DNA from: Candidatus Eiseniibacteriota bacterium
GTDB lineage: Bacteria; Eisenbacteria; RBG-16-71-46; CAIMUX01; VGJL01
Length of the DNA stretch: 64,000 bases
Direction of reading: 5' to 3'
Assembly (NCBI GenBank): GCA_963792585.1
Contig: CAWBWI010000001.1
Coordinates: forward strand, 1,408,001 to 1,472,000
A program made the translations under genes and the position numbers. Each line of letters starts with the position of its first letter. Within the stretch, counting starts at the first letter, position 1. Below are positions 11,176 through 21,930 of this stretch, in pieces. The notes under the pieces were generated by a model. It was not told the DNA's origin. It worked only from the letters and a program-made list of their open reading frames with translations, and ran no database searches.

Positions 11176-11235
11176 AGCGCACCTCGATCTTGAGGAACCC
11201 ACCCAAGGTTGCGGAAAGCAACCCTTCCGGTTAGA

Positions 11236-11264
11236 AGGTTAGACCTGCTCACTGTGGGTGTCAA
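11236..11264 (-). promoter_or_regulatory. Sigma-70-type promoter for the peptide/sigma-54 activator pair
   Basis: TTGACA-17 nt-TAACCT on the minus strand. Confidence 0.55.
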
Positions 11265-11431
11265 TGACGCGACTTATTGGGCGCGCCGACCCCCGGTTCA
11301 TGCTACAATGGTTCCTGCAAGTCCCACGCGCTGTTAGGATACTCGATGCTCGGACCGGTTGACGTTCCCCGGGGGAACTGCCTGTGGCAGTCTAGGTCGG
11401 ACCCCCGGCGCAACATTTTGGGGCGACATTT

Positions 11432-12775
11432 GTGAAGCGGGTATCCGTAGGCTATCGTGATTTATTACAACGACTTCTGCGGTTCGAGGCTCTGACGGAA
11501 GAAGAGCGGGCGGCGCTGGTCCGCGCCCTCGCTGATCCGGCGGGGCAGGACCTGCGACCAACGGCCCACCGCGTTGTCCGCGGGCTGATCCAGAGAGGCG
11601 TTCTGGAAATCGTCGAACGGGGTCCCGATCCGGAGGGGCGCCGCCTGCGGCTATTTCACCCCGCCTCCGGTCTCCGCTTCTCGATCCAGCTCGACGAACC
11701 GGAGTCGACGGAAACCGTCGAGGTGGTTCCCCTTCCCCTGAATCCGGAGGTCCTGCCGGCGTTGCGAACCGCACTCGTCCGACAGATCCTGACCGATCAG
11801 GGAGTTGTGGTGCTCAGCGATCGCGTTGCAGGACCGCGGGAAATCATTCAGCGGATGGAGCCGACCCTAAAGGCGGCGATCGAAGCCGAGTCGGTCCGGT
11901 TCGTACCCATCGACCAGCCTCCGGGTGACTACTGGCGCACGGGCACGCCGGTGGTTCCATGTCTCGCCGAGTCGATCCTCCGCGATCTCGCCCGCGCGCG
12001 CAGCTATGTCCTGCGGGTACGAGATCTCTCCCGACTTCGCCCCGACGCGGCGGAAACGCCATCGACCGGCAGCGCACTCTACATCGGGATCGGCGACGAC
12101 GCGGGCGGCTGGCGCGCCGTCGTCGAGATCCATGATCCCCGCATCGACGCGTTCTCTCCGGAGAGAATGAGCCTTGCCGTCCTGCTCGCCGCGCACTTCC
12201 AGAACCTCGTCGCCACCGCCGTTCGCCTGCAGTCGCTGATCTTCTTCGACTTCCTGACGGGCCTGTACAACAGGCCTTACTTCGAGGACCAGATCGAGAA
12301 GGAAATGACGGTCGCGCGCAGGCGCGACCAGAGCCTTGCGCTCCTGATCGTCGACATCGACAACTTCAAGCGGTTCAACACCCTCTATGGATACGAGGGC
12401 GGGGACCGGGTCCTCGTCACCGTCGCCTGCGTGCTGAAGGCGGAACTGCGCGCGAGCGACACGATCGCCCGCTACGGAGGCGAGGAGTTCGCCGTGCTGC
12501 TCGCACCCCCGGTCGGTGTCGAGGAAGCGCGCGTGATCGCCGAGCGGCTCCGCGCCGCCGTCGAGGGTGAGGCCTTCCAGGTTGCGACGTGGAGTGAGGA
12601 CTACATCCCGGAACGGATCACGGTCTCGATCGGTGGTGCGCTTCACACGCAGGACGGCCGCTCCATGCGTGAGATCTTCACCGCGGCGAACCGAATGCTC
12701 CTCGAGGCCAAGCAGATGGGGAAGAACCAGGTCCGATTCGTCGGCGACGGCGAGGATCGTCATCCCGACGCCTAG
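11432..12775 (+). CDS. GAF-GGDEF diguanylate cyclase
   Basis: [18 protein letters not shown] and RYGGEEF motifs with an RxxD I-site (RASD); upstream GAF-like segment; TGcTACAAT extended -10 near 11301. Confidence 0.9.
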   Translation: MKRVSVGYRDLLQRLLRFEALTEEERAALVRALADPAGQDLRPTAHRVVRGLIQRGVLEIVERGPDPEGRRLRLFHPASGLRFSIQLDEPESTETVEVVPLPLNPEVLPALRTALVRQILTDQGVVVLSDRVAGPREIIQRMEPTLKAAIEAESVRFVPIDQPPGDYWRTGTPVVPCLAESILRDLARARSYVLRVRDLSRLRPDAAETPSTGSALYIGIGDDAGGWRAVVEIHDPRIDAFSPERMSLAVLLAAHFQNLVATAVRLQSLIFFDFLTGLYNRPYFEDQIEKEMTVARRRDQSLALLIVDIDNFKRFNTLYGYEGGDRVLVTVACVLKAELRASDTIARYGGEEFAVLLAPPVGVEEARVIAERLRAAVEGEAFQVATWSEDYIPERITVSIGGALHTQDGRSMREIFTAANRMLLEAKQMGKNQVRFVGDGEDRHPDA

Positions 12776-15370
12776 GCTTCGTCCTCAGTACTCCAGACCC
12801 AGGATCCATCCGGACCCCTGTCGAGCATGATCCGTTGCCCCGCCCGGACCTCCCCCGCGAGCAGCTTCTTCGCGAGCGGGTTCTGCACCTCGCGCTGGAT
12901 CGTCCGCTTGAGCGGACGGGCGCCGAACTCAGGGTCATAGCCCAACTCTCCGAGTGCCGTCTTCGCGGCGTCGCCGACCACCAGCCGGACCGAGCGCGTG
13001 TCGAGTTGCTTCTGCAGCGCCGCGAGTTGCAGATCGACGATTCGGCGGATCTCCTGCCGGCCAAGCGCATGGAATATGACGATCTCGTCGATCCGGTTGA
13101 GAAGTTCCGGACGAAAGTGGCTGCGAAGGAGCTCGAAGATTTCATCATGCAATCGCGTCTCATCGAGCCCGCGCGATTCATGGATTCGTTCCGTGCCGAT
13201 GTTCGAGGTGAAGATCACAATCGCGTTCGTGAAGTTGACCGTCCGACCCTGACTGTCGGTGAGTCGACCGTCGTCGAGAATCTGGAGGAAGACGTGAAAG
13301 ACATCCGGGTGCGCCTTCTCGACCTCGTCGAAGAGGATCACGCAGTAGGGACGGCGCCGAACGGCCTCGGTGAGCGCTCCCCCCTCTTCGTAGCCGACAT
13401 AGCCGGGGGGGGCACCGAGAAGGCGCGCGACCGTATGGCGCTCCCCGTACTCCGACATGTCGATGCGGATCATCGCCGCCTCGTCGTCGAAGAGAAACTC
13501 CGCGAGGGCCTTCGCGAGTTCGGTCTTGCCGACTCCGGTAGGACCCAGGAAGAGGAAGCTGCCGATCGGACGGCCCGGCGCGGCGAGGCCGGCGCGACCG
13601 CGACGCACCGCATCGGAGACGATCCGGATCGCTTCGTCCTGCCCGACGACACGACGGCCGAGTTCCGCCTCCATGCAAAGCAGCTTGTCGACCTCCCCCT
13701 GCAACATCTTGCTGACGGGGATGCCGGTCCAGCGCGAGATGACCTCGGCGATCTCCTCGGGACCGACCTCCTCCTTGAGCATCCGCGGTCCATCGGCGGC
13801 GGAGGTGATCTTCGCCTCCGCCTCCTCGATCTCACCGCGCAGCCGGTGCGCTTCCCCGTAACGGATCTGCGCGACCCGCTCGAGATCTCCCGCGCGCTCC
13901 GCCTGCTCCTCCTCGACCTTGAGCGCTTCCAGACGGGCGCGCCGCGCGTGGATCGAGTCGATGACCGACTTCTCCTTCTGCCACCGCTCCTTCATCTCCG
14001 CTGCCTGCGCGCGGAGCGTTTCCAGCTCCGATTCGACCGCCTGCAGACGGTCACGACTCGCCACGTCCTGCTCGCGCCTGAGCCCTTCGCGCTCCACCTC
14101 GCGTGTGCGGATCCGGCGGTCGATCTGGTCGATCTCGGTCGGCATCGAGTCGAGCTCGATCCGTAGCCCTGCGGCCGCCTCGTCCATCAGGTCGATCGCC
14201 TTGTCGGGTTGGAATCGGTCGGTGACGTAGCGGTCGGCCAGCGTAGCCGCCGCGACGAGCGCCGCATCCTGGATCCGCACTCCGTGGTGGACTTCGTAGC
14301 GTTCCTTCAATCCCCGGAGGATCGCGATCGTATCCTCGACCGACGGCTCTCCGACGAGAACCGGTTGGAACCGGCGCTCGAGGGCGGCGTCCTTCTCGAT
14401 GTGCTTGCGGTATTCGTCGAGGGTGGTCGCCCCCACGCACCGCAGGTCGCCCCGGGCGAGGGCCGGCTTCAGGAGGTTCGAGGCGTCGATCGCCCCCTCC
14501 GCCGCGCCCGCGCCGACCAGCGTGTGGAGTTCGTCGATGAAGAGGATCACGGACCCCTCGGCCTCCTTCACCTCGCGCAGGAGGGCCTTCAGCCGCTCTT
14601 CGAACTCGCCCCGATACTTCGTACCCGCGACGAGCGCGCCGAGGTCGAGAACGAGGATCCGCCGATTCTTCAGACCCTCGGGCACGTCGCCCGCGACGAT
14701 CCTGCGGGCGAGCCCTTCCACGATGGCGGTCTTGCCCACACCGGGGTCGCCGATCAGGACCGGGTTGTTCTTGCGCCTGCGCGAGAGCACTTGAAGCACG
14801 CGTCGGATCTCGGTGTCCCTGCCGATGACGGGATCGAGTTCCCCTTTGCGGGCGGCCTCGGTCAGATCGCGGCAATAACGGGTGAGCGCCTCGTACTTTT
14901 CCTCGGGATTCTCGTCGGTCACGCGCGCACCTCCGCGAACCTCGGCGAGGACGCGCAGGAGAAGCTCCTCGGTCAGGCCGGCGCGTCTGCAGGCCCTCCC
15001 CGTCTCCCCCCTCCTTCACGATCGCCAGCAGCATGTGCTCGGTCGAGACGAAGTCGTCCTTCATTCTCTCGCGCTCCGCATCGGCCTCGTCGAGGACCTT
15101 GCGCAGCGCCGGATCGATGTAGACGTCCGCAGTTCCCGTGACGCGGGGCTCACGCTTCAGAAGATCGCGTTGAGCCTGCTCGATGGCCCCACGCTCGATC
15201 CCGGCGCGCTCCAGCAGTCGGGCGGGAAGCCCCTCGCGGTCGTCGATCAGCGCGAGCAGGAGATGCGCGGGGACCAACTTCTGGTGCTCATCCTCCCGCG
15301 CGATCCGCTGGGCCTGCTGGATCGCTTCCTGCGCCTTGACGGTCAGCTTCTCAGGGCGGAATCCGGCCAT
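12772..15370 (-). CDS. clpB: ATP-dependent chaperone ClpB (frameshift near 14995)
   Basis: Clp N domain ([15 protein letters not shown]), two AAA modules ([17 protein letters not shown]), long middle coiled coil, FGARPLKR. Confidence 0.95.
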
Positions 15371-15385
15371 GGCACACCTCACAGC

Positions 15386-18300
15386 CTATCGAACGCGCGC
15401 CAGCTTCTCGATCTTGGTCAGGCTCCCCTTCGGCGTCTGCACGAAGAGCTTGTAGAAATAGAGGCCGTTGCCGACCGCATCGCCGTCGGCGTCGGTCCCG
15501 TCCCAATCGACCGGGGGATCGCTCGCAAGCTGCCGGGATGGGAGGTTATCGAGCGTCTGGATCAGCTTGCCGCTCGTCGTGTAGATCTTGATCGTCACCC
15601 GCGTCGCCGGCTCACCCAGGAGATAGAAGATCGACGTCCGCTCTGCGAACGGATTCGGGACGTTGTAGAGATCGAGGATCTCGTGCGTCAACTCGGTCTC
15701 GACCCGCCGTTCGATCCGGTAGTCGAAGCCGTCCGGTTGAGCGATCTTCAGGCTCAGGACCGCCTGCCCCCCCATCGGGACGGGATCCAGCATCGTAATC
15801 CGCCAGGTGCGCGCACGCCCATCAACCGGATCGGATGGTCGCGCACGCACCGGAACGACGGTCCCACCCGCCCGCATCTCGAAGTCGTCGACCGCGAGAT
15901 AGCGCGGCGCGTCCACGTTGACCCGCACCGAATCTTCCTCGAGAACCCTCGCCCCATCGTCGAGCGTGGCCCAATCGCTCCCCGGCTTCTTGACCTGGAA
16001 GACGGCGTCGAGCCGCACGGGGAAGGTCATGGTCGAGATCCGGCCGTTCGCGTCCTCGGCGGAGAGGATAAGATTGTAGGTCCGCGGCATGACGGTCGTT
16101 CGATAGACCGCTCGGAAGTGGCGATCGTCGGCCCCCGGGATCACGGAATCGGGTTCGGCGACCCCGCCTACGTCCTGGATCGAGAGGGATCGCGCCCATA
16201 CCTCGTCGCAGACCTGGGCCGCGATGTCGATCGAGTCGCGATCGAATGGGAGAATGAGGGGTTGCCCCGCCTGTGCGGGCTGGCCGTCGATCGTCGCCGC
16301 GATTGCGGGCGGGGCGGCGTCCATGACGAGCCCCGGATCGCCGAACATCCCGTACGTGGCCGACATGCTCTTGTAGGTCAAGGATCCGGATCCCGAGGCG
16401 ACGAGGTCGCGCTTCGACGCGCTCAGAACCTCGCCGAGGATCCAGCGGGTGTGCCCCCCCTCCGCGGGGGGCGGCGGATCGATCGGCGGGCTGCGGAAGA
16501 ACGATCGCATCAGCGAGATACAGAAGACATCGCTCGACGGGATCCACTCGTATCCGCTCGAGGCGATCGATCCGATTCCCGCCCGGTCGTCTTCGGCTCC
16601 CGTCGAAGGAGGATCGTAGCCGAAGGCGATCAGGTTCTCGCCGATGCCGTCCCCTTTCCCGGGGAGGCCCTCGTTGAACGCCGCGAACTCGTTCAGGTGG
16701 CAGCCGAACCCCATGAAGAGGAAGGGACGGCCGAGATTCGATAGGAGGGAAACGTCCTCCCGGCCCGACAGTGGGGAGTGCCGGAAGATGTACTCGTGAC
16801 CCATGAGGCGCCCGTTCGCATGCCCCGTGTAGCTGACGATCAGGTGTCCCCGACCCATCGCCTGGAGCAGCAAATCGCGAACGACCGAGCCTCCGTACTC
16901 GAAGTTCGTGATCCAGTCGGCGCTCCCGTTGTACTCGACGCAGCGACCGGACGTGGGGTCACGGCGAGCGCAGCGGCCGAGCGCAGCGACCGTATCCATG
17001 TACGCGGCGACCGCGAACGAATCGGCCGAGAAGCCGCACTGAGGGCCTTGGTCGGCGATCAACGCCATCGACTCTCGACCCGTCAAGGCGAAGACGGCTT
17101 CGTCTCCGAACCCGGGATGGGGCCGATAGGCTTCTCCACCGAAGTCGATCCGGTTGCTCCAGATGTCATCGCCGACAAAGAGCGCGCGATTGCGCCAGGT
17201 ATCATCGGTTGCGAACGATTCATAGGCGAGGATCTTGGCGACGGTGCGCTCGAGTTCTTGCAGACTGCCCGCCGGAAGTCTCCCCACGTGCATGTCGGGA
17301 AGGAACGACAACCTCTCCCCCGTGCCGAGCAGGTTGTCGACGAACCACTGGTCCGTGGTGATCAGCTCCGGCCCCTGCCCCGCATACGACTGGGAGAACA
17401 TGGTCTGGGTCGGCACCCAGTCGGGAGCCGAGATCGCAAAGCCGTCCGTCTCCCCCACCAACGGGTTGTCGAAGACCTCCGTGGCGTCTCCGACGAGACA
17501 CAGGTACGAGGGGCCGGGCGTATTTGCCAGGAAGAGCGCCCGCAGCATGGAACGGATCGCATGCGGCCAATGGCGCCCACCCGAGAACTGGTCGAAGACG
17601 TCCTCGATCGGGGCCACGAGGACGGTGTGGCCCTGTGCGATGCGGTGGTCGATGAGAGGCTGGGCCGTCGGGATCCACGCGCGCGGAATCACCATGACAT
17701 AGTCCGCCGGACCCTGCGCGAGCAGGTCGGTTCCGCCTCCCATCACGATCGCGGACGGCTTGGGCATGGCGCCCGCGGCGATCACCTCGATGCGGCGGTC
17801 CTGACCGGTCAGGGCGAACTGCAGGCGCAAGCGCCGGTTGGGACCGGTACCTTCGACCTGGGTTGCGGGGTCGATCGTGAGCGCCTTCGGCGCGCGGGGG
17901 TCGGTCCAGTCGATGCCGATCAAATCGTCCTGCGGCGGTTGAGGAATCCGGTACTCCGTGGGACCGGTGAGGTCGACGGTGGCGATTCGAACGTCGCCGC
18001 CGCTGAACGTGGGCCGGCGCACGTAAGAGACATCGAAGGAGACGAGCGCCGCCCCCTCGCTCTGGGGGGGCTGCGTATGAATGAGCCGGTTGCCCGTCTC
18101 GTCGAGGGGCATGCCTGCGAGGTCCGTCGCGTCCGCCACGTACTGCTCTCGCCCCTGGTTGCCGAACACGATGGGCGTGCGCGGGAGCTGCGTCGCCTCG
18201 GCGAGGCCGCCCTGAGACAGAAAGAGCGCGACGCGATGGGTCCCGCTGACGGTCCGGATTCCCTGGAAGATGGCGGAGAGGCTCAGCGGCTCGACATACC

Positions 18301-19618
18301 CCGGGAGATCGAATTCGGCTCGATAGACGCCAGCGTCCCCCTCGCCGCTGTACGCGTCGCCCCCGTTCCAGTAGGCGTGCTTCGTTCGAACGGTGGCCAC
18401 GCCATTCTCCATGTTCTCGGGCGTGTCCAGATCCGCCGCCGCCCCCGGCTTCATGAAGACGTCCCCCTCCTTCTCGAAGTGGGAGGTCCAGGCGTAGGAA
18501 CTGACGGGGGTCAGGTCCGCGGCGCCGAGCCAGCTCGATTCGGTTTCCATCCGCGCATTGGCGCGGTCGGACCGGATCCCGAGCCAGTAGGCGTGCATTC
18601 TTCCGTAGCGCTTCAGATACCATGGCGCGTCCGGGAGACGGTCATAGATGGTCTGCCCGTAGAAGTAGAGGGCGTCCCCGTCCGTCCAGGTGTCCGAAAG
18701 GTCGGCGTCGACGATCGTGATCGGAACCTCGACGGTGTCCTCGGGCGCCGCGTCGTTCGAATCATAGAAGCGTTCGTACAGGCGCAGGCTCGACAGCGGG
18801 GCCGCGTCCGCGTCCCATCCGGCCGCGAGCAGGTCCGCATACTCGACCTTGCACGGACCGCTCGTGCGGATCTCAAGCTTCACGGTAGGGCCGATGGGCC
18901 AGCTGCGGCGAACCGCCCGCGCGGGTTGCTGGGGCGCAGTCATCCAATTCCGCGCTTGCGCCGCATTGAGGACGCTCATGTCGAGCGAGCGTTCCCATGT
19001 CGCGTCGTCCCGCTGGACGGCCACCCGCGACTCGCGCGGCGCCCCGCGGATGAAGCGGACCTCGATCTCGACGCGCCGCGCCACCCGGAGAACGCCGGTG
19101 GACGCGTCCCAGCGGGCGGGGTGGACCGTGATCGGCACCGCGCGCACATACCGTAACGCGGTGGGGGATCCGCCTTCGGCGGTGGCCGCGGGATAGCTTC
19201 CGCCACCGTAGATCGCGGCGTCTTCGCGCAGGGATTCGTGATAGGAGGGAAGATCGTCCGCGCTCTCTTCATTCCACGAGGGCGTGGCGATCGGAAGCGG
19301 GCGTATCCCATCCCAGATCTGCTCCTCGAGGGGATCGGCCTGCACCACTGCCGTCGCCCCGGGGGGAATCGCAATCCAGAAACTCGCTCGCGGAAGGCGC
19401 GGCTCGCCCGGGTCCCCGATCGGCGGCATGTCACCCACCACGACCGTCTGATAGCCGGGGTGCATCGCGTCCGGCACGACGGTCGCCTCCGGAAAGACGA
19501 CCTCCGCGCGGACCGCATCCTCGGTCGAGGAGAGCAGGCGGATCTCCTCGAAGGACCTGCCCCAGACCGGCGTGGCGGCAACGCCGGCCGCCAAGATGAC
19601 GAGGACGAACGATCTCAT
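15386..19618 (-). CDS. C25 (gingipain/PorU-like) cysteine peptidase with propeptide and C-terminal FlgD-Ig/T9SS-like domain
   Basis: Signal peptide MRSFVLVILAAG; GDPGEPRLP propeptide; ADYVMVIP, YLCLVGDA, VGRLP; putative catalytic YTGH and FGC; CTD NVPNPF...WDGTD..G..VGNGLYFYKL. Confidence 0.85.
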   Translation of the reverse strand: MRSFVLVILAAGVAATPVWGRSFEEIRLLSSTEDAVRAEVVFPEATVVPDAMHPGYQTVVVGDMPPIGDPGEPRLPRASFWIAIPPGATAVVQADPLEEQIWDGIRPLPIATPSWNEESADDLPSYHESLREDAAIYGGGSYPAATAEGGSPTALRYVRAVPITVHPARWDASTGVLRVARRVEIEVRFIRGAPRESRVAVQRDDATWERSLDMSVLNAAQARNWMTAPQQPARAVRRSWPIGPTVKLEIRTSGPCKVEYADLLAAGWDADAAPLSSLRLYERFYDSNDAAPEDTVEVPITIVDADLSDTWTDGDALYFYGQTIYDRLPDAPWYLKRYGRMHAYWLGIRSDRANARMETESSWLGAADLTPVSSYAWTSHFEKEGDVFMKPGAAADLDTPENMENGVATVRTKHAYWNGGDAYSGEGDAGVYRAEFDLPGYVEPLSLSAIFQGIRTVSGTHRVALFLSQGGLAEATQLPRTPIVFGNQGREQYVADATDLAGMPLDETGNRLIHTQPPQSEGAALVSFDVSYVRRPTFSGGDVRIATVDLTGPTEYRIPQPPQDDLIGIDWTDPRAPKALTIDPATQVEGTGPNRRLRLQFALTGQDRRIEVIAAGAMPKPSAIVMGGGTDLLAQGPADYVMVIPRAWIPTAQPLIDHRIAQGHTVLVAPIEDVFDQFSGGRHWPHAIRSMLRALFLANTPGPSYLCLVGDATEVFDNPLVGETDGFAISAPDWVPTQTMFSQSYAGQGPELITTDQWFVDNLLGTGERLSFLPDMHVGRLPAGSLQELERTVAKILAYESFATDDTWRNRALFVGDDIWSNRIDFGGEAYRPHPGFGDEAVFALTGRESMALIADQGPQCGFSADSFAVAAYMDTVAALGRCARRDPTSGRCVEYNGSADWITNFEYGGSVVRDLLLQAMGRGHLIVSYTGHANGRLMGHEYIFRHSPLSGREDVSLLSNLGRPFLFMGFGCHLNEFAAFNEGLPGKGDGIGENLIAFGYDPPSTGAEDDRAGIGSIASSGYEWIPSSDVFCISLMRSFFRSPPIDPPPPAEGGHTRWILGEVLSASKRDLVASGSGSLTYKSMSATYGMFGDPGLVMDAAPPAIAATIDGQPAQAGQPLILPFDRDSIDIAAQVCDEVWARSLSIQDVGGVAEPDSVIPGADDRHFRAVYRTTVMPRTYNLILSAEDANGRISTMTFPVRLDAVFQVKKPGSDWATLDDGARVLEEDSVRVNVDAPRYLAVDDFEMRAGGTVVPVRARPSDPVDGRARTWRITMLDPVPMGGQAVLSLKIAQPDGFDYRIERRVETELTHEILDLYNVPNPFAERTSIFYLLGEPATRVTIKIYTTSGKLIQTLDNLPSRQLASDPPVDWDGTDADGDAVGNGLYFYKLFVQTPKGSLTKIEKLARVR

Positions 19619-19944
19619 CTTCCCTCCTCCGGCCTCGCGGTCCGGCAGGCAAGGCAACCGCACCGATCCCTCAAGAACTCGAACGGATAGATCCCCGTGT
19701 TGTGACCATCGCCCCAAAGGAGACTGATCGCGTAGTTGCCGACGCGGTCGACGCGGCGCAAGCGGGTTGCATTCGGGGCGTTCTGGGTAAGGATCCGGAG
19801 CACACCGGGACGGTCCCGCTCGTCGCGGCAGGCTGCGCACGGGCAGAGAGCCCGCAACGCAACGAGCGGATAGCGGCTCTGATGACCGTCGGGCCACTCG
19901 ATCAGAAGCCCCTCCTCGGGATCGACCTCGAGCATCGGCTGCAT
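19615..19944 (-). CDS. DUF971 / gamma-butyrobetaine hydroxylase N-terminal-like Zn-binding protein
   Basis: WPDGHQS, LRALCPCAAC, VGNYAI and WGDGHNTGIY motifs. Confidence 0.88.
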   Translation of the reverse strand: MQPMLEVDPEEGLLIEWPDGHQSRYPLVALRALCPCAACRDERDRPGVLRILTQNAPNATRLRRVDRVGNYAISLLWGDGHNTGIYPFEFLRDRCGCLACRTARPEEGR

Positions 19945-20012
19945 GGGTGGTCCTCCTCCGGCGGCTGTGCGGCGCACCGATGGAGGGATCATCGCACCCG
20001 GACCCGGGTCGG

Positions 20013-21905
20013 TCAACGCGGGGCGGCCATCATGAATCCCGGTGACGGGAGCCCCTTTTCCCTCCGCTCGAAGACAGCCGTATCGAAGTCCATCCGGTCG
20101 ATCGCGACTCGGTCCACCTTGACGGGAACCTGAGGCCGAACCTCGGTGAGCAGGGCCGCAAGCGCTCGCTTCTCCCGTGCGGTCATCAACTCGCGCTCGA
20201 GTTCGCCTCGAACCTCATCCAGCGATCGCGTCCGCGCCGGCAGGATGTCATCGACCCGGATGACCGCGAAGTTGCCCCGATCGGCAAGCGGTTCGCTCAC
20301 CTGACCCTTGGAAAGGCCGAAGATCGCGGCGTCGAAACCGGGTGTCCGTCCATAGGTCACGAGCCCCAACCCCGTGTCGGGGGTGACCGCGATCAGAAGG
20401 TCCTGGCGATGCAACGCGCGGGCGACCGTCGAGGGAGCATCGCCGGCCCCGAGCCGTCGCGCCGCTTCCGTCGCCAGCTCGGCCTCCGGCACCGAGACGA
20501 CAACGAAACGCCGCCGCTCCGGGATTCTGTAGCTTGCGATCCGCTCTTCGTACAGCGACTGGATCTCCGCATCCGTGGGCCGGATCGAGGGGAGGATCTT
20601 TGCCCTGCGATAGGCGCGCCAGGTGACCCAGCGCCTCTGGTTCGTGATCTTCCGCTCGACCACAGGGTCCTTGGCAAGACCAAGGCGCGCCGCCTCCAGG
20701 AGCACCACCCGCTCGAAGAAGGCGTCGTCGCACAGGCCGATCACATCTCCGACGGTCTCGAATCGGGGCCAGACAAGGGTGGGCTGGAAAACGAGCTGGT
20801 CGATCACCTCGAGGGCGGAAAGGGTGTCCCCGTCGATCGTGGCGATGGCGCGACGGGCATCGGCTCCCTTCAACGGAGCTTCCTTCCAGAAGGGACCCTC
20901 TCGGGGCTCGTCGAATCGCACGTACGTCTTGTCGAGCTTCGGATCGTAGGTGCGCCGCGCCGTACGCGTTTCCCTCTGCAGGAAGTCACGCATCCACTCG
21001 GCCGAGTCGGGGTCGACTTTGAAATGGTACTGCGCCATCAGGTCATCGTGCATGTCCCGGGCCGCTTTCGGCAGCTGGCTTATCGCCACGCCCCGCAGGA
21101 TCCCCGGACGCTCGCTCTCGAAGGTCCCCCGCGGCGGACCGTTCCGGCGGGCCTCCACCCGATAGAGCGCGTGATAGTTCGGCTCGGGCAGTGGGGGTGA
21201 AAGACTCCCCGTGGGAAGCGACCAGAGGACCTCCTGCTGCTCGACGGGCAGGCGGGTTGCCCCGATCCAACCCAAGGCGCCCCCGACCACGGCCGTGCTG
21301 ACGTCCCTGGAGTACTTGCGCGCCACTTCCTCGAGAGGCTTCCCCGCCGCCAGCGCGGCGCGCACGGAGTCCATCTCGACCAGCGTCGCGGTCTTGATAA
21401 CCGAGAGCTTCAGCTCCGTCTCCATGCGGTCGTAGACGGCGCGCAACGTCGCATCGTCCATGCTCAGATAGCGCGGCAGCAAGCGTTCGCGGAGCGCTTC
21501 GCCGAGGCGCATCTCGGTGTTCATTTCGATCGACTGCAGATCCCCGGGCCGCAGGAGCGTGGAGTCGCGCATCGCCCACGCCTGCAAGGCGACCGTCCCG
21601 ATGTAACTCTCGAGGAATCGATGGAGGCTCGGCAGATCGGGTCGAAGCGTCGATGTGTCCGCCTCGGCCGCCGAGTGGAAGTCGGCCGTCAGATCAGCCA
21701 TGGTCAGCTGGATCGGCCCCGCCTCGAGGACGATCGCGTTCGGATCGGGGGCAGCGGGTCCTGCCGCACCCACCGGACCGGCGAGCGCGAGACCGAACAT
21801 GAGGATCAGGGCCGCGTTGCCGCAGACGGAACCCTTTGGTAGACTCCGCGCCTGACGCCCCCAACGGTCGCCGGGCGCGCGGCGCGCGCGGGACCCAAGG
21901 GACAC
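20013..21905 (-). CDS. Exported PpiC-type peptidyl-prolyl isomerase (SurA/PrsA-like, two parvulin-like domains)
   Basis: VARKYSRD...GGALGW and FDAAIFGLSKGQVSEP motifs; signal-like hydrophobic segment. Start uncertain. Confidence 0.8.
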   Translation of the reverse strand: MSLGSRARRAPGDRWGRQARSLPKGSVCGNAALILMFGLALAGPVGAAGPAAPDPNAIVLEAGPIQLTMADLTADFHSAAEADTSTLRPDLPSLHRFLESYIGTVALQAWAMRDSTLLRPGDLQSIEMNTEMRLGEALRERLLPRYLSMDDATLRAVYDRMETELKLSVIKTATLVEMDSVRAALAAGKPLEEVARKYSRDVSTAVVGGALGWIGATRLPVEQQEVLWSLPTGSLSPPLPEPNYHALYRVEARRNGPPRGTFESERPGILRGVAISQLPKAARDMHDDLMAQYHFKVDPDSAEWMRDFLQRETRTARRTYDPKLDKTYVRFDEPREGPFWKEAPLKGADARRAIATIDGDTLSALEVIDQLVFQPTLVWPRFETVGDVIGLCDDAFFERVVLLEAARLGLAKDPVVERKITNQRRWVTWRAYRRAKILPSIRPTDAEIQSLYEERIASYRIPERRRFVVVSVPEAELATEAARRLGAGDAPSTVARALHRQDLLIAVTPDTGLGLVTYGRTPGFDAAIFGLSKGQVSEPLADRGNFAVIRVDDILPARTRSLDEVRGELERELMTAREKRALAALLTEVRPQVPVKVDRVAIDRMDFDTAVFERREKGLPSPGFMMAAPR

Positions 21906-21930
21906 GATCTCAGGCAAGTACGGAGCGTGA

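Noticed and set aside
11176..11431. Sigma-54 -24/-12 promoter for autoregulation
   Set aside because: No TGGC-N7-TTGC match with correct spacing found by eye on either strand.
14882..19156. Long plus-strand ORFs (620 aa, 792 aa) and similar antisense ORFs elsewhere (e.g. 53912..55567, 12835..14166)
   Set aside because: Shadow ORFs opposite well-supported genes in high-GC DNA, with no recognisable motifs.
15386..19897. 1503-aa N-terminally extended C25 protein
   Set aside because: The extension overlaps the DUF971 gene; the RBS and signal peptide support a start at 19618.
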